NCBI RefSeq assembly: GCF_048300925.1
Contig: NZ_CP133759.1
Source of the DNA: Thermithiobacillus tepidarius DSM 3134
Lineage (GTDB): Bacteria > Pseudomonadota > Gammaproteobacteria > Acidithiobacillales > Thermithiobacillaceae
Length of the DNA: 32,000 nt
Direction: 5' to 3' (one strand)
Under the pieces are notes generated by a model that was not told where the DNA came from, ran no database searches, and saw only the letters and a list, made by a program, of their open reading frames with translations. Shown here in pieces: positions 8,751 through 18,496 of this stretch. The position numbers and the translations under genes are program-made. How positions within the stretch are numbered: the first letter of the stretch is position 1; each line of letters begins with the position of its first letter.

Positions 8751-9849
8751 TCACAGACCCTGCTTGAGGGCGGCCTCGACGAAGGGATCCAGCGCGCCGT
8801 CCAGCACCCGCTGGGTATCGCCCACCTCCACGCCGGTGCGCAGGTCCTTGATGCGGGACTGGTCCAGCACGTAGGAGCGGATCTGGTGGCCCCAACCGAT
8901 GTCGCTCTTGCTCTCCTCCAGCGCTTCCTGCTCCGCCCGCCGCTTGGCCAGCTCCAGCTCGTAAAGCCGCGACTTTAACATGCGCATGGCCTCGGCGCGA
9001 TTCTTGTGCTGGGAGCGATCCGTCTGGCAGGCCACCACGATGCCGGTGGGCAGGTGGGTGATGCGCACCGCCGAGTCGGTCTTGTTCACGTGCTGGCCGC
9101 CGGCGCCGCTGGCGCGGTAGGTGTCGACGCGCAGGTCGGCGGGGTTGATGTCGATCTCGAAGGACTCGTCCACCTCGGGGTAGACGAAGACGCTGCAGAA
9201 GCTGGTGTGGCGGCGGTTGCCGGAATCGAAGGGCGACTTGCGCACCAGGCGGTGCACGCCCGTCTCCGTGCGCAGCCAGCCGTAGGCGTAGTCGCCGATG
9301 ACCCGAAAGGTGGCCGACTTGATGCCGGCGACTTCGCCTTCCGTCGCCTCGATGAGTTCGGTCTTGAAGCCCTTGGACTCGCACCAGCGCAGATACATGC
9401 GCAGGAGCATCTCGGCCCAGTCCTGGGCCTCGGTGCCGCCGGCGCCGGACTGGATGTCCACGAAGCAGTTGGCGGCATCCAGCTCGCCGCTGAACATGCG
9501 CAGGAACTCCAGCCGGCCCAGTTGCTGCTCGTAGGTACCCACATCGGCGGCCAGCGCCTCGATGGTCGCCGCGTCGCCCTCTTCCTCGGCCAAGCCCAAG
9601 AGCTCGCCGGCCTCCGCCACCCCCTGCACCAGCTGGCGGGCCGGCACGATGGCCGCTTCCAGGCGCGCCCGCTCCTGGCCCAGGTTCTGCGCCCGCTCCG
9701 GATCATTCCAGAGATCCGGCGCCTCCAGCTCGCGGATGACTTCCGTCAGCCTTTCTTCCTTGTGTTCGAGGTCAAAGATACCCCCTGAGATCGGCCAGGC
9801 GTTGCTGCAGATCCTGCAATTTATCGCGCAATTCGTTGATCTGTTCCAT
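8751..9849 (-). CDS. prfB: Peptide chain release factor 2, expressed via programmed +1 frameshift: join of 9849..9775 and 9773..8751 on the minus strand
   Basis: Zero frame: ATG at 9849, [25 protein letters not shown] then TGA (9774..9772) in context AGGGGGTATCTTTGAC; +1 frame continues [25 protein letters not shown]...[20 protein letters not shown]. Total 365 codons. Confidence 0.96.
9772..9788 (-). promoter_or_regulatory. prfB programmed frameshift signal (internal SD-like AGGGGG + slippery CTT TGA C)
   Basis: Minus-strand sequence CTC AGG GGG TAT CTT TGA C, matching the known bacterial RF2 recoding site. Confidence 0.95.
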
Positions 9850-9906
9850 GGTTTCGTCCTCACGCACTTTCAGAAATGAAATCCAGAATGAAATCCAGCA
9901 CGGCCG

Positions 9907-11637
9907 CTAGGCTGCCTCCCAATGGCTCACCCGCAACTGCACCCGGCGCTCGCCGCGATATTCGTTGATCTGCGGCACGTAAGCCAGGCGCACGTAGCTC
10001 ACCCGCGGCACCCCCAGGTGCGGCACGCCGCCGAAGTGGATGCCCTCCAGCGGTTCCGGTCCCGGCCCGCGCAACCAGAGCTTCAGATGCTTCTCTTTCA
10101 GCACCTTGGTGTCCAGCACCTCGAAGATCCCTTCGAAGAGCGGCTCGGGAAAGCCCTGTCCCCAGGGACCGGCGCCGGCCAACAGGGTAGCCGTTTCCAG
10201 GCTGATCTCCGCCGGCGCGAGCTCGCCGTCGGTTTCCAGCACGCCCTGCAAATCCTCCGGACGCAATACCCGCCGGACCTCGGCGTCGAAGGCCTCGGCG
10301 AAGGCCGGCAGGTCGCGCAGGCGCAGGGTCAGGCCGGCGGCCATGGCATGGCCGCCGAACTTGCTCAGCAGGCCCGGATGCCGGCTGGCCACCGCATCCA
10401 GGGCGTCGCGCAGGTGCAGGCCGCGGATGGAGCGCGCCGAACCCTTCACCTCATCCTCGCCGGTCCTGGCGAAGGCGATGACAGGCCGGTGCAGTTGATC
10501 CTTGAGGCGTCCGGCCAGGATGCCGATCACTCCCTGATGCCACTGCTCATCGTAGAGGCAGACCCCCCAGCGCTCGGCCAGGGCTTCGTCCTTGACCAGC
10601 GCCATCTGCGCCTCGGCGCGCATCACGTCCTCGATGGCCCGCCGCTCGCGGTTGAGCTCGTCCAGCTGGCGCGCCATGGCTCGCGCTTCCTCCAGATCCC
10701 GGCTCAAGAGGCAGCGGATGCCGATGGACATGTCGGCCAGACGACCGGCGGCATTGAGCCGCGGCCCGACGGCGAAGCCCAGATCCGCCGCGTTCAGGCT
10801 GCCCGGCGCGCGGCCGGCCACCTCCAGCAGGGCCCGCAGGCCGGGCCGCGCCTGGCCGGCATTCATGCGCCGCAATCCCTGCGCCACCAAGATGCGGTTG
10901 TTGTCGTCCAGAGTCACCACGTCCGCCACCGTGCCGACCGCCAGCAGATCCAGCAAATCCGTCAGCTTCGGCTCCGGGCGCGCCGGGCCGAAATGCCCGC
11001 GCTCGCGCAGATAGGCGCGCACGGCCGTCATCACGTAGAAGGCGACGCCAACGCCGGCGCTGTTCTTCCAGGGGAAGGGGCAGCCGGGCTGATTCGGGTT
11101 GACGATGGCGTCCGCCGCCGGCAGCTCGGCGCCCGGCAGATGGTGATCGGTGACCACCACCTGCATGCCCGCCGCCTTCGCCGCCGCCACGCCGCTGATG
11201 CTGCTGATGCCGTTGTCGACGGTCATCAGCACGTCGGGCGCGTAGTCGCGCGCCAACGCCACGATTTCCGGGGTCAGGCCGTAGCCGTACTCGAAACGGT
11301 TGGGGACGATGAAGCACGGCTCCGCCGCGCCCATGGCCCGCAGGGCGTCCATGCACAGGGCGGTGCTGGTCGCCCCGTCGCAGTCGAAATCGCCGACGAT
11401 CAGGATGCGCCGGCCGGTCCGCACCGCTTCGCCGAGGATGGCAGCGGCTTGCGCCAAGCCCCTCAGCCCCCGCTGCGGGTGAGCCGGCGGCGCCAGCGCC
11501 TCCAGGCCCAGCCGCAGCTGGGCTGCATGCGCCACCCCGCGCGCCGCATAGAGGCGGGCCAACAACGGCGGGACGCCGTCGGCCATCAATCGGGCCACGT
11601 GATCCGGTGAAAAAGGGCGCTGAATGAAAAGCGGCAT
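9907..11637 (-). CDS. recJ: Single-stranded-DNA-specific exonuclease RecJ
   Basis: Start at MPLFIQRPFSPDHVARL (11637); DHH motifs 'ILIVGDFDCDGATSTAL', 'VVTDHHLPG', 'VNPNQPGCPFPWKNSAGVGVAF', 'SARSIRGLHLRDALD', 'GGHAMAAG'. Confidence 0.95.
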   Translation of the reverse strand: MPLFIQRPFSPDHVARLMADGVPPLLARLYAARGVAHAAQLRLGLEALAPPAHPQRGLRGLAQAAAILGEAVRTGRRILIVGDFDCDGATSTALCMDALRAMGAAEPCFIVPNRFEYGYGLTPEIVALARDYAPDVLMTVDNGISSISGVAAAKAAGMQVVVTDHHLPGAELPAADAIVNPNQPGCPFPWKNSAGVGVAFYVMTAVRAYLRERGHFGPARPEPKLTDLLDLLAVGTVADVVTLDDNNRILVAQGLRRMNAGQARPGLRALLEVAGRAPGSLNAADLGFAVGPRLNAAGRLADMSIGIRCLLSRDLEEARAMARQLDELNRERRAIEDVMRAEAQMALVKDEALAERWGVCLYDEQWHQGVIGILAGRLKDQLHRPVIAFARTGEDEVKGSARSIRGLHLRDALDAVASRHPGLLSKFGGHAMAAGLTLRLRDLPAFAEAFDAEVRRVLRPEDLQGVLETDGELAPAEISLETATLLAGAGPWGQGFPEPLFEGIFEVLDTKVLKEKHLKLWLRGPGPEPLEGIHFGGVPHLGVPRVSYVRLAYVPQINEYRGERRVQLRVSHWEAA

Positions 11638-11675
11638 GGAAGGATTATGCCACGGTGCGAGCCATCTGGCTGCCT

Positions 11676-11710
11676 CCAAGAAAACAAATGCCGGCTAGGC
11701 CGGCATTTGT
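11676..11710 (-). terminator. Rho-independent terminator downstream of cytochrome c gene
   Basis: Perfect 12-bp stem ACAAATGCCGGC (11684-11695)/GCCGGCATTTGT (11699-11710), 3-nt loop, followed on minus strand by TTTTCTT. Confidence 0.85.
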
Positions 11711-11734
11711 TGTGCTGCAAAGTGCGGCAAAATT

Positions 11735-12070
11735 TTACTGCGCCAACACCCACTTGGCCATCGCGGTCGCGTCGGCCTTGCTCAGCTGGGGATGGGGAGT
11801 CATGGGCACGCCGCCGGTCACGGCATTCCAGTTGCCGGCGCCGCCCTTGATGATCTTGTCAGCCAGCTTGCCGGCAGCAGCCTTGTCGCTCTTGTAGCGC
11901 TTGGCGACATCCTTGTAGGAGGGGCCCACCACCTTCTTGTCGACGGCGTGGCAAGCGAAACAGCCGGACTGCTTCATCAGCGCTTCGGCCTTGGGATCAC
12001 CGGCAGCATGGGCCAGGCTGGACAGCGAAAGAGCAGCAACGGCTGCGGCAACAGCGAACTTCAGTTTCAT
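11735..12070 (-). CDS. Small periplasmic class I cytochrome c (c551/c552-like)
   Basis: Start MKLKFAVAAAVAALSLSSLAHAA (signal peptide); heme motif CFACH; distal Met in 'GGVPMTPHPQLSKADATAMAKWVL'. GGAGG upstream. Confidence 0.93.
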   Translation of the reverse strand: MKLKFAVAAAVAALSLSSLAHAAGDPKAEALMKQSGCFACHAVDKKVVGPSYKDVAKRYKSDKAAAGKLADKIIKGGAGNWNAVTGGVPMTPHPQLSKADATAMAKWVLAQ

Positions 12071-12129
12071 GACTCCTCCGAAGATTAGTTTTTGAAAGAC
12101 CTGGTAAAGGCAGGCCACGACCTCGCGCT

Positions 12130-12157
12130 ATAATAATCAAGCGCTCGCCATTTGCAA
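12130..12157 (-). promoter_or_regulatory. Candidate sigma70 promoter for the cytochrome c gene
   Basis: Minus strand TTGCAA (12157-12152), 16-nt spacer, TATTAT (12135-12130), about 60 nt upstream of the ATG. Confidence 0.5.
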
Positions 12158-12219
12158 ATATGGCTTATCCATGAAAACGCGCGATCCGCCTTCACGTTGA
12201 CAAGCCTTGACAAGCGGCA

Positions 12220-13266
12220 TCAGCCGCCGCGGGCCAGGGCCGACCAGGTGGTGGACACGCCCAGGCGCGGCGTGGCCAGGAAAGGCCGCGCCCGGCGCCA
12301 CCAGCGGCCCAGATCCCGGCGGCCCAACGTCAGAGCGGGCGCCGTGGCGTCATCCGCGGCGGAGCCGCCGACGATGCTCAGCTGCTCGATGGTCCCCTGC
12401 TTCAGAGCGCCGGCCAAGGGAGTCAGATACTCCGCCTCGAAGCGCAGCAGATCCCCGTCCGCCAGCGTTTCCGCGCAAACCAGCAGGTGGGCCCCATCGG
12501 CCAACCCGCTCGCCCAAACCGCCAGGTCCGCAGGGCAATCCCAGGCCTCGGCACCGCTGAAGCGGGCCAAGGCCTGCAGCAACGGATCGGCGGTCCAGAC
12601 CGAGCGCCACAGGGGCGCCGGCGTTGCGGGCAGGCTGCCCCCGCCCCAGAACCAGACGCTGTTCACGGCCGGCAGACCGGCCTCTTCCCGCGCCTCGTTG
12701 ACCGGATGGCCATGCAGGAGCATCTGCACTTCGTTGAGCAGGCCGTGCCAGTCGCGGGCGTCGGCTCCCCGCGGCAGGACCGCGTCCACGCTGCGGCCCA
12801 CCGCCGCGGCCAGCGGCGTGGTGCGCAGGGCAGGCGCTGCGGGCAGCAGCACGTACCAGCGCTCGGGATGCGGGGCGAAGCAGCGCCAACCCAGGGCGGC
12901 AAAGTGGCGGTTCAGGTCATCGATCAAGCGCTGCGCCTGCCCGGCATCGAGCGGGTAATGCCCGAGATCCATGAGCAGCAGCTGGGCGCGGCTGGGGAGA
13001 AGATGCACGGGATCCATGCGCAGCCAGAATTGGCCCGCCTGCGGAGCCAGGCCATCCGCCCAGGCGCTGACGGCCGCCGCGGGACAGTCCGCGGCCACGG
13101 GGCAGGCCAGGCCGAAGGCGGCGAACGCGCTGGCCAGCGCGTCATCGGCGCCGCCGATCAGGGAGCAGGGCTCGCTGCGCCCGGCCAAGCGGTTGAGCAA
13201 CGGTGCGGGAGGCGGATTCTGGCTGGGCGCCAGGGACGGCGCCCACAGCACCACGCGGCGGCTCAC
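12220..13266 (-). CDS. RpfE/cofactor-independent phosphoglycerate mutase-like (apgM-annotated family) regulatory protein of unknown function
   Basis: 348 aa; 'DPVHLLPSRAQLLLMDLGHYPL', 'LNEVQMLLHGHPVNEAREEAGLPAVNSVWFWGGG', 'NSVWFWGGG' hallmark of the RpfE-like family. Confidence 0.75.
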   Translation of the reverse strand: MSRRVVLWAPSLAPSQNPPPAPLLNRLAGRSEPCSLIGGADDALASAFAAFGLACPVAADCPAAAVSAWADGLAPQAGQFWLRMDPVHLLPSRAQLLLMDLGHYPLDAGQAQRLIDDLNRHFAALGWRCFAPHPERWYVLLPAAPALRTTPLAAAVGRSVDAVLPRGADARDWHGLLNEVQMLLHGHPVNEAREEAGLPAVNSVWFWGGGSLPATPAPLWRSVWTADPLLQALARFSGAEAWDCPADLAVWASGLADGAHLLVCAETLADGDLLRFEAEYLTPLAGALKQGTIEQLSIVGGSAADDATAPALTLGRRDLGRWWRRARPFLATPRLGVSTTWSALARGG

Positions 13267-14408
13267 CGGCCCAGGATGACCGCCTCCACCGCCGCCAGGC
13301 TGGCGTCCACGGTGATCGGCTGAGTGCTCTGGGCGATGGCGGTGTCCGGGTCCTTCAGCCCGTGGCCGGTCAGCGTGCAGACGATGCGGGCGCCGCGCTC
13401 GATGCGCCCGGCACGCAGTTGCTTGATGACCCCGGCGACGGAAGCGGCGGAGGCCGGCTCGCAGAACACGCCTTCGAACTGGGCCAGCAACTTCTGCGCT
13501 TCCAGGATCTCCGTGTCGGTGACCGCGTCGAACCAGCCGCCCGACTCCTTCTCCACCACGTGGGCCGCCTCCCAGGACATGGGATGGCCGATGCGGATGG
13601 CGGTGGCGACGGTCTCGGGCTGGTCGACGAAGCCGCCCTGGATGAAGGGCGCGCTGCCGGCGGCCTGAAATCCCAGCATCTTCGGTCGCTTGCCGGTGAC
13701 GGCATGGCCGTAGGGACAGGTGCCCTTGCAGAACACGCAGGCGCCGGTCAGGGCGTCGGCCTTGTGCTGGCGGGCATCCGAGTACTCGCAGTAGCCCATC
13801 CAGTGGGCGGTGATGTTGCCGGCATTGCCCACCGGCAGGGCGTGGTAGTCGGGCGCCTCGCCGAGCTCCTCGACGATCTCGAAGGCGGCGGTCTTCTGCC
13901 CCTGCAGACGGTAGGGATTGACCGAGTTGACGATGGTCACGGGCGCGGTCTGCGCCACTTCCTGCACCAACTGCATGCCCTCGTCGAAGTTGCCGCGGAT
14001 CTGCAGCACCACGGCGCCGTGCATCATGGCCTGGGACAGCTTGCCGAGCGCGATCTTGCCCTCGGGGATCAGCACGAAGGCCTTCATGCCGGCGCGCGCC
14101 GCATAGGCCGCCGCCGCCGCCGAGGTGTTGCCGGTGGAGGCGCAGATCACCGCCTTGGCGCCCTCCTCCGCCGCCTTGGTGATGGCCATGGTCATGCCGC
14201 GATCCTTGAAGGAGCCGGTGGGGTTCAAGCCTTCGAACTTGAAGTAGAGCTCCACGTCGTGGCCCAGGTGGCGCGGCAGGTTGACCGCCTGGATCAGCGG
14301 CGTGTTGCCCTCGCCCAGGCTCACCGCCGGGGTATCGGGATGGATGGGCAGCCAGGAGCGGTAGCGGTCGATCAGGCCGGTGTAGCGGGTGCGGATGGGG
14401 TTTTCCAT
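13263..14408 (-). CDS. thrC: Threonine synthase
   Basis: 381 aa; 'VSLGEGNTPLIQAVNLP', 'KFEGLNPTGSFKDRGMTMAI', 'ICASTGNTSAAAAAYAARAG'. Confidence 0.95.
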   Translation of the reverse strand: MENPIRTRYTGLIDRYRSWLPIHPDTPAVSLGEGNTPLIQAVNLPRHLGHDVELYFKFEGLNPTGSFKDRGMTMAITKAAEEGAKAVICASTGNTSAAAAAYAARAGMKAFVLIPEGKIALGKLSQAMMHGAVVLQIRGNFDEGMQLVQEVAQTAPVTIVNSVNPYRLQGQKTAAFEIVEELGEAPDYHALPVGNAGNITAHWMGYCEYSDARQHKADALTGACVFCKGTCPYGHAVTGKRPKMLGFQAAGSAPFIQGGFVDQPETVATAIRIGHPMSWEAAHVVEKESGGWFDAVTDTEILEAQKLLAQFEGVFCEPASAASVAGVIKQLRAGRIERGARIVCTLTGHGLKDPDTAIAQSTQPITVDASLAAVEAVILGR

Positions 14409-14439
14409 GCTGTCTTCCTGAAGCTTCTCGGTAAAGGGC

Positions 14440-15759
14440 TTAGCGCAGGCCGTCCAGGTTTTCCAGACGCAGGCGCACCACCGGCTGAGTGATCACCGGC
14501 AGGTTTTCGATGGCGGCGATGGCGCGGTTCAAACGGCCCTCCCGGGTGGCGTGGGTGAGCAGCACCACGGGCACGTCGACAGCGCCGGCGGGCGCCTCCT
14601 TCTGGATCAGCGCCTCGATGGAGATGCCCTCGTCCGCCAGGATGCGGGTGACCTGCGCCAATACGCCAGGCTCGTCCAGGGCCTGCAGGCGCAGGTAATA
14701 GGCGCTCTGCACTTCCGCCATGGGCAGGATGGGCAGCTCGGCCAACTGCTCCGGCTGGAAGGCGAGGTGCGGCACCCGGTTGCTGGGATCCGCAGTGAGG
14801 GTGCGGGCCACATCCACCAAGTCGGCGACCACGGCGCTGGCGGTCGGCTCGGCGCCGGCGCCGCGGCCGTAGTAGAGGGTCTGGCCCACGGCGTCGCCCT
14901 TCACCAGCACGGCGTTGAAAGCGCCCTCCACGCTGGCCAGCAGGTGACGGGCGGGCACCAGGGTCGGGTGCACGCGCAGTTCCACGCCCTGCTCCACGCG
15001 CCGGGCGAGGCCGAGCAGCTTGATGCGATAGCCCAGCTCCTCGGCATAGGTCACGTCCATGCCGTGCAGGCCGTTGATGCCCTCCACGGGCACGCTGGCG
15101 AAGTCCAGGGGAATGCCGAAGGCGATGGCGCCCAGGATGGTCAGCTTGTGGGCGCTGTCGATGCCTTCGATGTCGAAGGTGGGGTCCGCCTCGGCATAGC
15201 CCAGGGCCTGCGCCTCGCGCAGGGCCTCGGCGAAGGACCAGCCCTGCTCGCGCATCTGGGTGAGAATGTAATTGCAGGTGCCGTTGATGATGCCGCACAG
15301 CCACTCGATGCGATTGCCGGCCAAGCCCTCGCGCAGGGCCTTGATGATGGGAATGCCGCCGGCCACGGCCGCCTCGAAGGCCACCACCACGCCCTGCTGC
15401 TGGGCGGCCTCGAAGATCTCGTTGCCGTGCAGGGCCAGCAGCGCCTTGTTGGCGGTGACCACGTGCTTGCCACTGCGGATGGCGGTGAGCACCAGCTCGC
15501 GGGCGGGCTCGATGCCGCCGATCAGCTCCACCACCACGTCGAGCTCGGGGCTGTTGACCAAGGCGAAGGGATCGCCGGTCACCGCGAAGTCCACCGGGCT
15601 CACGCCGGCCAGGCGCGCCGGGTTGCGCACTGCGACCTGGGCGACGCGCACCGGCCGACCCACGCGGCGTTCGATTTCCAGGGCGTTGCGGCGCAGCACG
15701 TCCAAGGTGCCGCGGCCGACGGTGCCGAGGCCGATGATGCCGATCCGGACCGGTTCCAT
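14440..15759 (-). CDS. hom: Homoserine dehydrogenase
   Basis: In-frame ATG at 15759: [22 protein letters not shown]...; 'GIINGTCNYILTQM', C-terminal ACT domain 'YYLRLQALDEPGVLAQVTRIL'. Confidence 0.95.
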   Translation of the reverse strand: MEPVRIGIIGLGTVGRGTLDVLRRNALEIERRVGRPVRVAQVAVRNPARLAGVSPVDFAVTGDPFALVNSPELDVVVELIGGIEPARELVLTAIRSGKHVVTANKALLALHGNEIFEAAQQQGVVVAFEAAVAGGIPIIKALREGLAGNRIEWLCGIINGTCNYILTQMREQGWSFAEALREAQALGYAEADPTFDIEGIDSAHKLTILGAIAFGIPLDFASVPVEGINGLHGMDVTYAEELGYRIKLLGLARRVEQGVELRVHPTLVPARHLLASVEGAFNAVLVKGDAVGQTLYYGRGAGAEPTASAVVADLVDVARTLTADPSNRVPHLAFQPEQLAELPILPMAEVQSAYYLRLQALDEPGVLAQVTRILADEGISIEALIQKEAPAGAVDVPVVLLTHATREGRLNRAIAAIENLPVITQPVVRLRLENLDGLR

Positions 15760-16934
15760 CAGCCCTCCCGCAGCATCTGCTTGAGCCCGCGGATGGCCTG
15801 GCGGGTGCGCTGCTCGTTCTCCACCAGGCCAAAGCGCACGTACTCGTCGCCGTACTCGCCGAAGCCGATGCCCGGGCTGACCGCCACCTTGGCCTTGGCG
15901 AGCACCAGCTTGGAGAACTCCAGTGAGCCCATGGCCCGGTACTGCTCGGGAATGCGCGCCCACACGAACATGGTAGCCTTGGGCCGCTCCACCGCCCAGC
16001 CCGCCGCGTTCAAGCCGTCGCACAGGACGTTGCGGCGATGCTCGTACATGCTGCGGATCTCCTCCACGCAGTCCTGCGGCCCTTCCAGAGCCACGATGCC
16101 GGCCACCTGCACCGGCGTGAACATGCCGTAGTCCATGTAGCTCTTGATGCGCGCCAGCGCGCCGATCAGCTTGGGGTTGCCGGCGGCGAAGCCGATGCGC
16201 CAGCCGGGCATGTTGTAGCTCTTGGACAGGGTGAAGAATTCCACGCCCACGTCCTTGGCACCCGGCACCTGCAGAAAACTCGGCGCTTTGTAGCCATCGA
16301 AGACGATATCGGCATAGGCCAGGTCGTGCACCACCCAGAGCTTGTTCTCCTTGGCGAAGTCCACGATGCGCCGGAAGAAGTCGAGATCGGTCACCGCCGC
16401 CGTCGGGTTGTGCGGGAAATTGATGACCAGCATCTTTGGGCGCGGCCAGGCGGCCTTGACCGCCTTTTCGAGTTCCTCCAGGAAGTCCATGCCGGGCAGC
16501 ATGGGCACGTGGCGCAGATCGGCGCCGGCGATGACGAAGCCGTAAGGGTGGATGGGATAGGTCGGGTTGGGGACCAGCACCGCGTCGCCCGGCCCCATGG
16601 TGGCCAGGGCCAGATGCGACAGGCCTTCCTTGGAGCCGATGGTGACGATAGCCTCGGACTCGGGGTCCAGATCCACGTCGAAGCGGGTCTTGTACCAGTT
16701 GCTCAGCGCCTTGCGCAGCCGGGGAATGCCGCGCGACACGCTGTAGCGGTGCGTGTCGCCCCGCTGCGCCGCCTCGCACATCTTGTCGACGATGTGCTTG
16801 GGGGTCGGCTGGTCGGGGTTGCCCATGCCGAAATCGATGATATCCTCCCCGCGCTTGCGCGCCTGCGCCTTCAGATCATTGACGATGTTGAAGACATAGG
16901 GGGGAAGACGGCGTATGCGTTGAAACTCGTCCAT
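15759..16934 (-). CDS. alaC: PLP-dependent aminotransferase, alanine transaminase AlaC-like
   Basis: [52 protein letters not shown]; '[20 protein letters not shown]'. ORF track extends to 16964. Confidence 0.9.
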   Translation of the reverse strand: MDEFQRIRRLPPYVFNIVNDLKAQARKRGEDIIDFGMGNPDQPTPKHIVDKMCEAAQRGDTHRYSVSRGIPRLRKALSNWYKTRFDVDLDPESEAIVTIGSKEGLSHLALATMGPGDAVLVPNPTYPIHPYGFVIAGADLRHVPMLPGMDFLEELEKAVKAAWPRPKMLVINFPHNPTAAVTDLDFFRRIVDFAKENKLWVVHDLAYADIVFDGYKAPSFLQVPGAKDVGVEFFTLSKSYNMPGWRIGFAAGNPKLIGALARIKSYMDYGMFTPVQVAGIVALEGPQDCVEEIRSMYEHRRNVLCDGLNAAGWAVERPKATMFVWARIPEQYRAMGSLEFSKLVLAKAKVAVSPGIGFGEYGDEYVRFGLVENEQRTRQAIRGLKQMLREG

Positions 16935-17089
16935 GGTAGGCAGCTGCCTTCTTAATCTCAGCAAGCAAAGGGATGCAAAATAGTGTGCGGCCTAGGCGCT
17001 GTCAATGGGTTTTGCCCATGGGGGCAAAACTGTGGTCAACTATGGCAATCCCACGAGCCCAAAGGCCTTGCCCCGGCAGGAGATCCGCG

Positions 17090-17470
17090 ATGAAGATGCA
17101 TCTGCAGCGCAACAGCGATGCCAACCTGATTACGGCCTACGCCCCCGGCAGCATCACCATCAACGAGCATGCCCACCACAGCAGCCTGGTGGTGGCGCCC
17201 GGATGGCTGGTCTCCCCGTGGGCGCCGGCCCGCTTCGAAGACCTGCAGGCGGCGGACTTCACCGTTATCCTGGAACACCGGCCCGAGGTACTGCTGCTGG
17301 GCACCGGCAGGCGCCTCCGCTTCCCGCCGGCCGCGACCCTCGCCGCCTTCCGGGAGCGGCAGATCGGCGTGGAGGTCATGGACACTGCCGCCGCCTGTCG
17401 CACCTACAACATCCTCATGGGCGAGGACCGTGAAGTGATCGCAGCCCTGCTCCTGATCGAAACGGACTGA
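17090..17470 (+). CDS. Mth938-like / DUF498 domain-containing protein
   Basis: MKMHLQRNSDANLITAYAPGSITINEHAHHSSLVVAPGWLVSPW...EVLLLGTGRRLRFPPAATLAAFRERQIGVEVMDTAAACRTYNILMGEDREVIAALLL. Confidence 0.9.
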   Translation: MKMHLQRNSDANLITAYAPGSITINEHAHHSSLVVAPGWLVSPWAPARFEDLQAADFTVILEHRPEVLLLGTGRRLRFPPAATLAAFRERQIGVEVMDTAAACRTYNILMGEDREVIAALLLIETD

Positions 17471-17475
17471 CGCCG

Positions 17476-18486
17476 CTAGAACAGGATCTCCCCGGAGAGC
17501 CCCTCGGCCTCCATGAGCTGGCGCAGGCGCGCCAAAGCCTCCACCTGGATCTGCCGGACCCGCTCGCGGGTCACCCCCAGCGCCTGGCCGATCTCCTCGA
17601 GGGTGGCCACCTCCTCGCCGTTCAGGCCGAAGCGCATCTCCACCACCATGCGCTGCTTGTCGTTCAGTCCGCGCAGCCAGGCGGACAGATGCCAGAGCAG
17701 ATCGCTCTGCTCCAGCGCCTCGAAAGGATTGAGGTTCTGCTCGTCGGGCAGGATGTCCAGGAGGGAGCGGTCGGGGTCGGAGTCGATGGGCGTGTCCACG
17801 CTGCTGGTGCGTTCGTTCAGACCCAGCATGGCGCGCACGTCCGCCACCGGCTTGTTCAATGCCTGCGCCACGTCCTCCGGGCGCGGCTCGTGGTCCAACT
17901 GCTGGCTCAGTTGGCGCGCCGCACGCAGGTAGACGTTGATCTCCTTGACCACGTGCACCGGCAGACGCACGGTGCGGGTCTGGTTCATGAGCGCGCGCTC
18001 GATGGTCTGCCGGATCCACCAGGTGGCGTAGGTGGAAAAACGGAAGCCCCGCTCGGGATCGAACTTCTCCACGGCGCGGATGAGGCCCAGGTTGCCCTCT
18101 TCGATGAGGTCCAGCAGCGGCAGGCCGCGGTTCATGTAGCGCCGGGCGATCTTCACCACCAGGCGCAGATTGCTCTCGATCATGCGTGCGCGGGCCTGGG
18201 CGTCGTTGGCCAGGACCTGACGGGCCAGGGCCACCTCCTCCTCGGCGCTCAAGAGCGGCGTATAGCCGATTTCGGTCAGATAGCGGCGGGTGGAATCCTG
18301 CTTGCCCGTGCCGCAGGCCAACGCCAGCATTTCGGCGGTGGAAGTCTCGTCGGGCGGGAAGCTGTCCGCCGCGGCGTCGTCCGGCACCTCCTCACCCGCA
18401 TTTGCTTCCGGAAGCAGCCCATCCTCTCCCTCTGCCTGGAATTCATCGGGCAAGAGAAACTCCGGTGACAGGTCTTCGTTGGTCAT
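17476..18486 (-). CDS. rpoS: RNA polymerase sigma factor RpoS
   Basis: 336 aa; '[27 protein letters not shown]', region 2 '[70 protein letters not shown]', downstream of nlpD/pcm/surE. Confidence 0.95.
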   Translation of the reverse strand: MTNEDLSPEFLLPDEFQAEGEDGLLPEANAGEEVPDDAAADSFPPDETSTAEMLALACGTGKQDSTRRYLTEIGYTPLLSAEEEVALARQVLANDAQARARMIESNLRLVVKIARRYMNRGLPLLDLIEEGNLGLIRAVEKFDPERGFRFSTYATWWIRQTIERALMNQTRTVRLPVHVVKEINVYLRAARQLSQQLDHEPRPEDVAQALNKPVADVRAMLGLNERTSSVDTPIDSDPDRSLLDILPDEQNLNPFEALEQSDLLWHLSAWLRGLNDKQRMVVEMRFGLNGEEVATLEEIGQALGVTRERVRQIQVEALARLRQLMEAEGLSGEILF

Positions 18487-18496
18487 GCTTCCCCCC

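Noticed and set aside
6112-8874. 920-aa plus-strand ORF spanning lolC and lysS
   Set aside because: Antisense to two clear genes (lolC, lysS); composition (His/Gln/Arg/Ala/Gly rich without domains) is typical of antisense frames in high-GC DNA.
9006-11610. Plus-strand ORFs 9006..9788 and 9922..11610
   Set aside because: Mirror frames of prfB and recJ; no signature of a protein family.
12196-12213. TTGACA-AGCC-TTGACA doublet near the end of the RpfE-like gene, as a promoter
   Set aside because: No convincing -10 at suitable spacing and no plus-strand gene downstream.
14372-16131. ORFs 14372..15832 (-) and 14551..16131 (+)
   Set aside because: Alternative frames of hom/alaC, Arg/Ala/Gly-rich; the hom frame has full domain support.
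14440-16779. 779-aa minus-strand ORF as a fused protein
   Set aside because: Only the part from the ATG at 15759 is homoserine dehydrogenase; the upstream part is an out-of-frame read of alaC, so not a true fusion.
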